Assembly (NCBI GenBank): GCA_951406725.2
Contig: OX597831.1
Span: forward strand, 46,996,001-47,060,000
Length of the DNA stretch: 64,000 nt
DNA from: Octopus vulgaris
Taxonomy: Eukaryota
Direction: 5' to 3'
Shown here piece after piece: positions 38,438 through 51,305 of this stretch. The notes under the pieces were generated by a model. That model was not told where the DNA came from and searched no databases. It worked only from the letters and a program-made list of their open reading frames with translations. Each line of letters starts with the position of its first letter. The stretch's first letter is position 1. A program made the translations under genes and the position numbers.

Positions 38438-41034
38438 TATCATCATCATCATCATTTAGCGTCCGCTTTCCATGCTAGCATGGGTTGGACGGTTCAACTG
38501 GGGTCTGTGAAGCTGGAAGGCTTCGTCAGGCCCAGTCAGATCTGGCAGTGTTTCTACGGCTGGATGCCCTTCCTAACGCCAACCACTCCGTGAGTGTAGT
38601 GGGTGCTTTTTACGTGCCACCTGCACAGGTGCCAGACAGAGCTGGCAAGCGGCCACGAACAGATGGTGCTTTTACGTGTCACCGGCACGGGGCCAGGCGA
38701 TGCTGGCAACAGACACGAACGGATGGTGCTTTTATATCATATATATATATATATGATAGGCTGCTTTCAGTTTTCGTCTACCAAATCCACTCACAAGGCT
38801 TTGGTCGGCCCGAAGTTATAGCAGAAGACACTTGCTGCCCAAGGTACCACACAGTGGGACTGAACCTGGAATCATGTGGTTTGGAAGCAAGCTTCTTATA
38901 ATACAACAACTCCTGCGCCTATATGTTGATGAGTTTGTTTATTTACATCCTTCCTGATGAGATTGATACATTGCTGACCATAATTTATCTTGTCAGACAT
39001 TACCCATTTGCAGCTGAGTGGACTGGTGCAACATCATCATCATCGCAGTTTAACATCTGCCTTCCATGCAGGCATGAGTGGGATGGTTTGACAGGAGCCA
39101 GCCAGACAAAAACCTGCAAAAAACTTCTGTGTCTGTTTTGGCAGGATTTTTACAGCTGGATGCCCTTCGTAACACCAACCACCCAGCAGCATGAAATATT
39201 AAGTGTTGCTTGTGGAAGTGAACCCACAACACTGCACTCCTGAATGCAACACCCTAACAACCACTAGGCTATATTCACACAGACAAAGATGCAATAATTG
39301 AATGGACAAAGTACAGCAGCATGATAACAGTCAAGTACAGTAGTAAAATGAGTGCAGGTACAATAACTAGCTGGGGACAGGTGCTGTCGTTGCATGGTGC
39401 AATGGTTGAACAAAAACAGGTAAACATGCAATTCCTGAAATAAGACAGGTATAGTAGTTCAATAAGAAGAGGAGCAGGTCTTATTTCAAAGGACACAAGT
39501 TCAAGATTTGCCATGGCATCTTAGATAAAACACATTGAATTAAGGTAAAATTTAGAAAATAATAAACTAGTGGACTATTATTTTTTTGTTGTTTAACCCC
39601 AGATCAACTTAATTGAGTAAACCTTTGATTTTCCTATCTTCTTAGGACGATATAGGAATACATTATCTAACAGGTCCGTCCTTGCTTAAGATGTTGACAT
39701 GATTTGAGGAAAATTTGGCTATTTCTAGCAGGCCCAGTAACTACATAGAGTTCAATCATTAGCACAATTTCACAAACTCACAAAATAGAACTATTTTTTA
39801 CTTAACATTCTGATGTTCTGAAAATAAATCATTCCTCCTTATCTCACTAGTCATTCAATCTTAGTAGGATTACAATGAGAGATAAAAATATAAAATAAAT
39901 TATTGATAAAAACTCAAATGATATTTAGAAATTAAGATAGATGGAAGTAGAAATTTGAACAAAATAACTGACAGGGGGAATAACTCTTAAACACATTCAA
40001 AGGCAACGTAATAGATTTTACATACTCCAGTTCATCAGATACATTGATCTGGCATTGTTTCTCATGACAGAGAAATGTAATAACTAGAAGTAAATTTTAT
40101 TTCTCATCCTCATACTAGCAAGTCTCAAAAACAGAAAAGTAACACTGGATTCTGTAGTTTTAGATATACTAGTGATTAAAAAAAAATAAAAGGATGGGCA
40201 TTGATAGAATGGCTTTTGATCGTTAGATTCCTTGGTCAGGGTTGACTTGGAATTAAACAACAGCATGCAATATGAAATGTAAAATGCCACCCGATTACAC
40301 CCTCTTCCCATGACGCTCAGTGCTTTGTACAAAGTTTCAAGGGATTGAGGGATATATTTTCTCATAATTAGGAAATTGATTTATCACAGGTGACATTTCC
40401 CATCATACAGTGAACAAGTAATGCAGAATTTAAATGTATAATTCAAATACATAACAAAACACCTGTTGTGGGATTAAATTCAATATCAGCACGATGTCAG
40501 TCCAATACTATATCTACTCGAGATTTTCCCTTAATTCAGTGTGGATCAAATAAAGAACAAGAAGATCACAATTTCTTTTATCACGACTCAACTACTGAAA
40601 CTGTTCCCCATCCCACAACTGTAATTCTTTTCACACACCTACTTCATCTGTTCCCACTCAATACAATTGTTGGGAGCAAGATCTTTGTTCAACGAAAAGA
40701 CTCCACCCAATCTTTTACACAGCCAGAACAATAGTTAGCCTAATATTAACTAAAATGTTAACAAATGAAAACAAAAACGTAAAGTTTTTTTCTTTTGTGC
40801 CCAGTATTTAAGTGCATTTTTGTAATTCTATTATAATCACCAATATCTCAAAGAAATTTGTATTGCTATGAACATGTTAGTGAACGTGCTTCTATTGTAT
40901 TTCATTTTTAATAACTAACTTCTTTTTTACAGATAAGCAATAACTCAACCAACGTGTCATATTGAATGTAGCTTAACCTTGTGTTACACTATAACTTGTA
41001 AAAATACCAACATTTAGAAAATAATGTAAAAAAT

Positions 41035-41597
41035 TATTGGGTTGTCCGGAAAGTTCGTGCTGATTTTTAAAGGAAAGAAAAAGGTCAATAAATACTTGCC
41101 ATTACATTTTTAATCAACCAAATATGAACCATTTTGTTGCACAATGCATCTCCATCTAACTTGAAAATACCCTTCTCCCAGAATTGAGGTGGTTTCATGG
41201 CAAAAAATTCATCAAGGTATCTTTTTACGTCATCCAAGGAATTGAAATTTTTACCATTAAGACTATTCTGCAGAGACATGAATAAGTGGAAATCCAAAGG
41301 AGCAATATCTGGTGAATATGGAGGGTGGGGTAACACATCCCAGTGAAACTGCAGCACTTTTTGTCTGGTTCCCAAAGCATCAAGTGCCGAAAATGAACTT
41401 TCTTATCTTCCATTTTAAAGGGATACAGAATTAACACAGGTTATAGGAACATAAACCTTCTTCCACGAAAAGATAGCTTAAAATGTGCTCTAAATAGAGG
41501 TTTAGTCAAATCTTATTTTATGGACCCAACCATGTTCTAAAATAAGTCGAAAGTTAAGCTACTATAAATCGGCACAAACTTTCTGGACAACCCAATA
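41035..41597 (-). mobile_element. Internally deleted mariner element
   Basis: About 30-bp TIRs TATTGGGTTGTCCGGAAAGTT and AACTTTCTGGACAACCCAATA. The N-terminus MEDKKVHFRHLMLW is joined directly to the C-terminal WDVLPHPPYSPDIAP.DFHLF. Confidence 0.9.
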
Positions 41598-42093
41598 AAA
41601 TTCATTTTGTTTAATAATCATTGATACAAAACTGGTTAACTTTCAGTAAGTTGCTTTAATACAGATTGGCTCTGATGAAGCAGACCTATGAGCAGAGCTT
41701 TCCAACTATCACCATCCTGTATTTTCAGATAAAGTATCTAGCACTACATTCATCCAATAAAGCCCTGGCCCTTAAGCTGGTATGGTATTTCATCTGACTA
41801 TGTAGACTTAGCCCCTCATAGGTTCAAACAGAGCTAATTTTTTCAGGGTTGAATTACTGAATATGAGAGAACCTTTAGGAAGTTGCTCAAACTGCTAGAA
41901 ATAGGAAACAGAATTTCTCTCTCAAGTCACACTACTTGCATTAAAAAGAAAAAAAACAAGACATAGTGCATAAAATGGTCTAAGATGAACTATGTTTGAT
42001 AACATGAGGTTTTATCATATTGGTTAGCAAGAACACAACTGACTATATCATAAATGTATATATATATATATCATGATGATGATGTTAACTCAC

Positions 42094-42174
42094 CTTCTTT
42101 CGGTTTCTAGTGGACAACCATTCATCACAGTTTTCTTTCACGTTCTCAGCTTTCTCATTTCTGTGCTTCTTCAT
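42094..42174 (-). CDS. Gene A first coding exon (MKKHRNEKAENVKENCDEWLSTRNRKK)
   Basis: Strong donor AAG|GTGAGT in phase 0. The acceptor is at 42199-42198, and an in-frame TGA upstream of the ATG supports it as the start codon. Confidence 0.7.
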
Positions 42175-42787
42175 TCTAATCAATTCAACCTCTCAAACTA
42201 TACCAAAATAAATTTTAAAAAATAAAATGCATCAGCTTAAAAACCATCTCTTTCATTAACACATGAAATGGGGGAAATTTGCAGAAAATAATTTTAGACT
42301 ACCTTCAGATTTCAACACTGTTTAACCTTATATTCAACAGTTTAACCCATATAGTACAGTTTTGCTGACCTATTCCCTGACCATCTTCAGGTACTTTTAT
42401 CAATCACCCATATACACACATATATCATATATAAACACATAAATCACACATATGTATATAACACCCAAGTACCTCAATTTCATCTACTAATTACTTCAGT
42501 CTACTGGAGGAATAAAGGTAGAATGAGGTATTTTTTTGCCTCTTGGCTGAAACAGCTATAAGATATTTTCCCAATTTCTATTCCTGTATGTTATATATTT
42601 TAATAATTACTGATATCTTTATATATTATATATGTAAAGCATAATATGTTATACATGTATGTATATTGTTATAATTGTCATTTTAGTAAATAAATAAACA
42701 AACTGACATAATATAAGTTGATGAATACCACCTATTGATCCCCTCCATTCTCTTATTGTTCTATATATATATATATACATACATATG

Positions 42788-43088
42788 GGAGACGCAATGG
42801 CCCAGTGGTTAGGGCAGCGGACGCGCGGTCGTAGGATTAAGGTTTTGATTCCCAGACCAGGCGTTGTGAGTGTTTATTGAGCAAATACACTTAAAGCTCC
42901 ACAAGGCTCCGGCAGGGGGGAGGGCGATCCCTGCTGTACTCTTTCGCCACAACTTTCTCTCACTCTTTCTTCTGTTGGCCTGCTCGCTTAGCCAGTGGGG
43001 TGGCGTCATTTGAAGGCTAAAACAATGCGAAGTGCATTGTGACCAGCGATGTATAGCAACATCTGATAGCCTGGTTGGTCACAGTGAT
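42788..43088 (+). mobile_element. Family B SINE (tail type 2)
   Basis: tRNA-like head plus the tail ending ...CCTGGTTGGTCACAGTGATA, embedded in (TA)n. Confidence 0.88.
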
Positions 43089-44090
43089 ATATATATATAT
43101 ATATAGACGTCACTAACGTGACAGAGGATGCAAAATGGTACTGGCATTGCTAGTAATGCCAGGATCACTTTGTACCTTCTGTCACTTTAGTGACATCTAT
43201 AAATTTGCCTTAAGTTGTTAAATTGCTAGTAAGCCATCCATACTTAGCATAAGCACATGATGTAGTAGGAATCAAAATAATGCTTACAATTGTTTTTAAC
43301 ATATTCTAGCAGACTAAAGTGTGAAAGGCATTCACTAGAAGATTTTGTTTTAGAGGAAAAAGTTTCTCTCTATAGAGTTTGTATGTGAAATCACATCAAG
43401 CCAAGCTCTAAGAGACAACAGCCTAATCATTCCTCAAGGAAAAGTAGGCAGGAGAGAAATTAACCATTTACATATGAACCCACCTGAGACCACCCCAGGT
43501 TCTTTGACATAAACTTACTGCTTCTTCAACTTGCTTTGATGTTGCCAGGTCATATTTCATCCTCCCCCCCCCCCCCCAGTCTCAAGAGATTGCTAGGGTA
43601 CCTGGCAGCTGGCATCATCTTCACACCAGCCTTGACAAAAGCAATAGTTTTCTTCAATGGGCAGAGGTGCCTGCAACGGCTGATCCCACTATGGATGATG
43701 TCTGCTATTGCCTCAGGACCTGATCATGCCACCAGCAGTAGCAGCCCTCACCCAAAGCTTCTGGACAGCTACAGGGTATGTACTTCATGGTCCTCTTCAA
43801 ACACAAAGGACAAGCTGATAACTTCACCTTTCCCAGTAGAAAAGTTGGATGGGTTCAGTGGACATTACAAACTGTGTGAATCAGGAATTTCATCTAGTGC
43901 AAATATGCTCTCCAAAGCTCAGGCTATGAGACTTTACATGCCACAGTTAGCTCCTACCTTAACCAGCTCCCTGGTTCCACTTCCCAACAGCCTAGCTGGT
44001 TTTCTACTCAATCAACACTAGCACCTTATTCCAGGTCGGTAACTTTTCTGTCTTTGAGGAAACTTTCCAGTGATGTACTGTCACTCAACA

Positions 44091-44866
44091 TAGGTTTGGG
44101 GGCTTGCAACACCTGAAAGTTTTGATCCCAACTCCTCCTGCATCTCACCAGAGTTGGTGTCTGTGCACTGTGACACTTGCGCCATCTCTAGGTTTGGGGC
44201 TTGCAACACCTGGAAGTTCTGACCCCGACTCCTCCTGCATCTAACCAGAGTTGGTGTCTGTGCACTGTGACACTTGCGCCATCTCTAGGTTTGGGGCTTG
44301 CAACACCTGGAAGTTCTGACCCCGACTCCTCCTGCATCTCACCAGAGTTGGTGTCTGTGCACTGTGACACTTGCGCCATCTCTAGGTTTGGGGCTTGCAA
44401 CACCTGGAAGTTCTGACCCCGACTCCTCCTGCATCTCACCAGAGTTGGTGTCTGTGCACTGTGACACTTGCGCCATCTCTTGGTTTGGGGCTTGCAACAC
44501 CTGGAAGTTCTGACCCCGACTCCTCCTGCATCTCACCAGAGTTGGTGTCTGTGCACTGTGACACTTGCGCCATCTCTAGGTTTGGGGCTTGCAACACCTG
44601 GAAGTTCTGACCCCCAACTCCTCCTGCATCTCACCAGAGTTGGTGTCTGTGCACTGTGACACTTGCGCCATCTCTAGGTTTGGGGCTTGCAACACCTGGA
44701 AGTTCTGACCCCCAACTCCTCCTGCATCTCACCAGAGTTGGTGTCTGTGCACTGTGACACTTGCGCCATCTCTAGGTTTGGGGCTTGCAACACCTGGAAG
44801 TTCTGACCCCAACTCCTCCTGCATCTCACCAGAGTTGGTGTCGGTGCACTGTGACACTTGCGCCAT
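44091..44866. repeat. 97-bp tandem array, 8 near-identical units
   Basis: The unit is CTAGGTTTGGGGCTTGCAACACCTGGAAGTTCTGACCCCGACTCCTCCTGCATCTCACCAGAGTTGGTGTCTGTGCACTGTGACACTTGCGCCATCT, with no variable spacers. Confidence 0.95.
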
Positions 44867-47859
44867 TTCTACATACTTCATCTTGATCAGCTGGATCTTC
44901 AGGCCATGCAGATTCTTACAAACTTCCAACAAACCCATTCTGTGTCCATTGATGACTTTCTATTGAGCAAACCTATGACTGAAAATAACCCACCAATGAC
45001 CATCCCACCATTTTTTCGAGATTACCTAATATGTCCCATTTTTTAATATGATAGGGGTGTAATTTGAGGAATATTCAGTTGCTATTTGTAGTAGGCTAAC
45101 AGCTGTCTCATTGGCTCAGATCTTTGTGGTAGCCTAGGGTTAAGTGCATTTAGCTCTTACTGGTTTTGTGGTATGATGACAAATTGGAAGAAATTTAAGG
45201 GTTTTAGGCACTTTACATCTTGCATTGTAATCCCCATCATCAACTATTGCTTTCCCATCCTTTCAAAGGTTGATAAAATACCAGTCCAAAACTGTGGATT
45301 GGTGGAAACATTGGTATTGGACAAAATGCTTTGTGGTATTTGTTCCAGATCTTTGCATTCTAATTTCTAAAGAAGGTGTGGTGTGACAGACTTGTCTGTA
45401 CCTGGCCAGTGTAATAAAGTGATCAGAGACCACCTTTGTATTTTCCCACAAAAGTTCTCAGGAATAAACACATATCATGTCTAAAGGAAGACAGCAGGGG
45501 TCGTTCATGACCCAACATAGAAAGGCCGGCTATTCAGACTATGCACTACTGTGTTGATAGTATTAACTCTGATTTGACCATCCTGTCTCAAAATGATAGT
45601 TGTGTGGTTAAAAAGTTTACTTCTTAAACATGTAGTTTCAAGTTTAATCCCATTCCATAGAACTTTTCCTTCTACTACAGCTTTGAACCATCAACTACCT
45701 TGTGAAGGAATTTGGTAAGTGGAAACTGTAGTAAGCAACATGTGTGCATATATATGAATGAAAAGGTCAATGTTCTATGCTTGTCACCAGATGAGTGAAT
45801 CAACCTGACCAATTTCAATCTGACACTTGAAATGAAAAGGCAAGTTCTAACTGCCAACCATAGCAACTCATAAATTACCAGCTTCTTCAACATGACTGGG
45901 TCCTTCATGTTCAGGGTCAGGAAAGAATAGGAAACGTACAGTGGGAACATGCCATGAATAGCCAAGAGAAAGAAATTTTCTCAGTAGTGAGAGGTCTCCA
46001 GGACAGTCAAATTCAGCCAGCAGGTCTAGGATGTGGAGTGAGCAATTAGTGTCCAGCAGGAGCCAGAACCTTGCAATCATGTGAACTTGAAGCATCCTGA
46101 TTTTAATGATCTAGATAGGTATGTTCGTGACATCATAGGTGGGGAGCATTGAACGGAAGGGATGCCTTAGGTGTTGTAGGCAGAATGGGAAGAAGCCACC
46201 TGATTCTAGTATGCATCAGGACTGTCATTGAGGCTCAAGGCAATTTTGTTGAGTTTCTTTGATATATCTAGCGAAACTCATATACCCTGTACATATCTCC
46301 TATTTAGGTTCACTAACCTAAGAATTAAACTCATGCCAACCAGCTAAACTACAACACAACACACTCAAACTCTGACAAAAAGTGTAATTAATATGATGGT
46401 TAGTATTTCTCCTCTATCAACTATATATCCCCCTACTACCACAAAAACTTATTTACTTTGTTCAAATTCAAGAGAAATTATGAGCGTCAGATATAGTTCA
46501 TGATAACTAAAATAAGAAAAACAATAATACAAACACCTATAAACGCACATACAAACATATATAAATATATAAACATACACAAAAGTACAGGGGCACACAA
46601 ATACAGAGATTCCGAAAAGGTAAAAAGAAAACATACATACATACTTAACAATACGTAGAAGACGACTCTTTTTCATAAGTCTATCTACGAAAGGACAAAA
46701 AGAAGCACAGTGCAGAATTATTATTTTCTAACGAAGTAGGGACAGCTTAATGAAAATTACCCGCTTTAACTAAAACTATGGAATTGTGGGAATATAGCAA
46801 ACGTTGAGTTTTACCTCCAAAGTCCACAAAGTGGCACTGGAATAAATGTTTAAATTGGTTACATGTGACACAACTCTATTATATGTATTAAGAAGTTGAA
46901 ATACAAAGCGTGTCAAAATATATTGCAAGGGTTTCGTTTTGTTGTGAAGCCCCCAAGTCATATAAGACACACAAGCCATATATCTATTCAGTTTGGGGGT
47001 ATTTTTTTGGTATTGTTGTTTATTTTCTTAATTCAGTAACAGTGTATTATGCCGAATAACGTCCAAAGAGTCATTTTCTGAACACAATTGGATGTGTGAT
47101 GAGAAGAGATTTAGATGCTATTTCCAGAAGGTCGAGCATTCAGTCTTTAGCTCGTGTTTTTATTGTTGAGAGAAACGGTTATCTTTGTACGAAAAGGATA
47201 TTAGTTGACTAATTCCATCAGTGGAATGTTAAAGAATTATCAAATGCGAGGTGAACCTTGGAATGATATATATTCATATATTGGTAAGATAGCATCAATC
47301 GAAGTAAAATGCAAGTTCACTCTGGTATTCTGCTAGCCATGTTCGTCACCTTGATAATAACTGGCGGGATTTGAACTCATAACAGAAAAAGTGGCACAGG
47401 AAGTTTGCCTGGCGCTCTATGGATGCTAACACTAACAATAATATTTCTAATAATAGGCAGAAATCCACAAGTTTTGGGGGAATTTATAAAATTATTAAAA
47501 TAGACCTCGGAAATGTGAAAGACAAAGTCAATCTCGATGGGATTTGAGCGCAGGGCGTTAAAGAACAACTAAATACCACAAAGCGTTTTATCCATCTCCT
47601 TACTCTGAAACTCCAACACACCCCTAACAATAATAATTATTTTTCTAACATGGCACAAGATTAGAAATTTAGGGGAAATATTATTCAATTAACTTGATTC
47701 CAGTTTTTCACTGGGATTTTATCAACCCGGAAGAATAAAAGACAAATTCTATCACGGAAAAATTTGAGGCCAAAATACAAACACTGATAATTTCCTTCGA
47801 CTAAACACGAGGGAATTTTTGAAAAAGGGTGGGAAATGTATAGGTGACTAAGTAACCCT

Positions 47860-48800
47860 GAAGTATCCGGCTCATCCCGCCTTACCTACTTAAAAAATGG
47901 GAATTATACAAACTAGTGGGAGAGCTTCTGCCAAACAAATAGATAATTAAATGTATAGCATTTAAATTTCCCTCAACACTATTGTCTATAAAGTGGTGGA
48001 GAGAGACAACCAAGAAACTTCATACACGGTCAGCACAGAGTAACACTCAACCCCCTACGAACTTTAAAATAAAGACCAACCGTTTTAAATGCTATATAGT
48101 AGGACAATGATATACAATAAAGCTATAAAATTAACAAAACAATTACGTAATAGCTACACCTGTTCTATAGTCCTCCAAAAGTAAATCTGAGCAGATGGCA
48201 ACCGATCAACAACGAATAGGGGGTCTATATTTAAAGATTATGCGCGCTGATTTCGCAACCAAAGTTTGATTAACGCATGAAAGACTTTTCACTACAGTCG
48301 CGTCTCAAATTTCTATTCTCATCCGATCGATCTGACCAGAGTAATAAATGTATATTATGCATATTCTTATAATATACTTACAAACAACTTTGTAAAGCCC
48401 GGCGATAATATTTCGGTAGAAATTTAGTTTGTTTCTTTCACACTCCCTTTTATAACTCCCGCCTTCGGAACAATTATTGATAGCCGTAGTTTCGTATTCT
48501 GATCTTGCGTAAGATATTTACTTTGGTGATCTCTGCCTAAACACTAACGTTCACCGTAATATTATATAATCGCTGCACATGGTAAATTCGATTATCTGAA
48601 GTTTTAAAAATACTAATCGATGAGCGAGTTTCAAAATTTTCTCTTTTCTACATAACACCGGTAACGTACGTTACATGTTCCTAATATAATTTCATTCATT
48701 CAGAATAGTCTTTGAGTGTTTCAACTTACTTCTCCTCTTATCCAGACTTTCGTCGTAAAATCGAAAGTACTGTCGAGCAAAATAATTATTATGCTAAAAT
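47860..48800 (-). promoter_or_regulatory. Candidate promoter and non-coding first exon of gene A
   Basis: Repeat-free and locally CpG-retaining. A minus-strand donor TAG|GTAAGG lies at 47885-47884, upstream of the first coding exon, which has an acceptor. Confidence 0.4.
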
Positions 48801-50063
48801 TAGGAAACCTGTACATGTCCACGTTTTATGCTAAAAATAACAGCCAAATCATCTCCTTAGCAAAATATTCTGTAAGGCACCGCCGAAAAAGTAAAAAGCA
48901 TAAATTCACTGTTCGATTTAAGCAATTCTTCGTACCCGTTAATTTTTACTATTGTTCTTCATTTAACACCTATGATCATTTATTAAGTCTGCACAAAATG
49001 GTAAAAGGTTATATTGAAACTATATACTGTTCTGAGAGAAGTTGCATTGTACCAAATGTGCAAATATTGTAATACATGTCTGCTCTACACTTTTATAAAG
49101 AATTGATTTCTGTTGTAGGAACTGGAAAATTTAGTCTTGTATTAGAGGAATCCGAAAATAACACTGCTAACAATCTCCTGAGAATGTCATAATATACTTC
49201 AATAACAATTACAAACAAGTTATGCATATATATTTTGATTTGGTGCTTAGAGAAGTGTAATGCTTATTGTTCTACAGATGTTTTATAGTTACAAAAAAAA
49301 AAGACAAAAAGCTAGTGATAAAGAAATTAAGCGTGAAAAATTGTGGGCTGTAGATGTTGTTGATTCGTTTTCCAACTTATTCACATCTTTCGTTATCATT
49401 TAAGGCCACAACATATTGTTTTATTTGATTATATTTGTTTTTTCTTGAAGGCGGTGAGCTGATAGCACAATGGGCGAATTGCTTGGCGTATTTCGTCTGT
49501 CTTTACGTTCTGAGTTCAAATTCCACCGAGGTCGACTTTGCCTTTCATCCTTTCGGGGTCGATAAATTAAGTACCAGTTACGCACTGGGGTCGATGTAGT
49601 CGACTTAATCCCTTTGTCTGTCCTTGTTTGTCCCCTCTGTGTTTAGCCCCTGGTGGGCACTAAAGAAATATATATTTGGTTTTTCTTGAAGGCGGTAAGC
49701 TGATAGGATCGTTAGCACACAGGGCGAAATGCTTAGCGTATTTCGTCTGTCTTTACGTTCTGAGTTCAAATTCCACCGAGGTCGACTTTGCCTTTCATCC
49801 TTTCACGATCGATAAATTAAGTACCAGTTGCGTACCGGGATCGATCTAATTGACTGGCCCCCTCCCACAAAATTTCGGGCCTTATACCTAGAGTAGAAAA
49901 GTATATTTGGTTTTTCTTCGATTAAGTCTTTTCATGTTTATTTTTTATAACTTAAGAATATTTCCAGTTTTACTTTTATTTCTATTGTTATTTAGGGATT
50001 GGTTTATTTTTCTGGTAATCTTTTGTGTTAATATTGTCTATGACACAACCAATTCATAACTTC

Positions 50064-51305
50064 TTAACCCTTTTAAAACAGTTGACATAAATTTACACAC
50101 ACTAAGTACATGCTTTAAGTCGGCCGACATAATTATAAGCCGCCTGATTTAGTACCTGGTGCCTGAGTTAGTACTGGTCCACCAGTACTAATGACAGGCC
50201 GGTTAGAGGTTTCATCTAAATATTTACAACCCGATAGGCAGGTCCTGCCACTCTGGCTCTATCAACTTTAGTCATTGCATCCAGTTTCATCCAATTTATG
50301 GTCGTCATGTCCTACCACTCCAGCTCCATCAACTTCATTGTTGCATCTTGTTTCATCGAATTTACGATTGTCACACCAAGCTCCACCGCCTCGCTAGTTA
50401 TTTCTTCCAATTCTGAAGATGACTCAGAGAGTAAGTACTTTCCTAGTTCGGAATCAGATGATGATATTCTGGTGAATCAAAATACTGCTTGCCCTTCTGA
50501 TACTGATGGGCATCATGAAGAAATCAACCTTGACATCATATTGGAATCAAGATCCAGCCACATTGACACCTTTCTTTCTGGAAACGATGCCACTTGATGG
50601 ACTTTTGGTGCTTCTTCGAAATCTACATTTCAACTCAGGCAAGAACCAGGATGACAGGCTGCACAAAATATGCCCTATTGTAGTGGCTGAAAATTTCAGA
50701 ACGATGTATGTCCCCACACAACACATTTGTACAAATGAGAGTTTGTGGAAATTCAAGGGAAGGATCCGATTCGAACCATACAACCTGACCAAGTGTGCCC
50801 AGTTTGGAATCGAGGTTTATAATGTATGCCAGACAACTGGCAGAGCTTGTGGGTACATTTGGACTTACAAAATCTACACTGGTCAGGACAGATTGGTTCT
50901 TTCAGTGTCTATTCGAGCATCAACTGATGTCATGTTGTTGCTGAATGAAAACTTGTTTGACAAAGGCTACAATTTTTATATGGACAACTGGTTTTCCAGT
51001 CCAGACCTCTTCCTGCAGATGAGGAGGACTAATTCCTGTGGGACTGTGAAGATGCACAGGAAAAACATGCCACCAGATCTTCAGAAGATAAAACTTCTAA
51101 GTGGGAAGCAGTATACCAATGCACTGATATTGGCATTCTTGTTCTAGTGTAGCATTCTGCAAGCATGAAGGACACTAGGAAACAAGATGCAGACGGTGAT
51201 GCTATAATGAAACCAGGTGTAGTTGTTTCATACAACGAAGGGATAGGCAGGGTCGATTGCTCAGATCAGCAGGTGATAACACACAAATCAGTGAGAAATC
51301 ACAAT
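50064..51305 (+). mobile_element. Decayed piggyBac (PGBD4-like) transposon, 3'-truncated
   Basis: The left end is TTAA-CCCTTT. ORF 50506-51147 has LHFN...DRLHKI.P, HICTNESLWKFKGR, FGI.VY, KIYTG, GYNFYMDNWFSSPDLF and CGTV...RKNMP, followed by KP.VV..YN.G.G.VD.SDQ. Confidence 0.9.

Noticed and set aside
8890-43000. tRNA genes at the SINE heads (e.g. 8910-8982, 10307-10380, 26245-26315, 42788-42860)
   Set aside because: A and B boxes are present, but there is no complete cloverleaf or acceptor stem, and each runs into a multi-copy SINE body.
43536-44021. 161-aa + strand ORF
   Set aside because: It has no recognisable motif or splice context, and is probably part of a decayed repeat.
44091-44866. 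CRISPR-like array
   Set aside because: The units are contiguous and near-identical with no unique spacers, there are no cas genes, and the context is eukaryotic.
45780-46280. GC-richer segment resembling retroelement coding remnant
   Set aside because: No diagnostic motif could be read in any frame, so it is left unassigned.
50506-51147. Domesticated PGBD-type host gene
   Set aside because: The first catalytic Asp region is altered (TNES), there are frameshifts on both sides, the 3' end is truncated, and a TTAA-CCC end remains. It is best read as a dead transposon.
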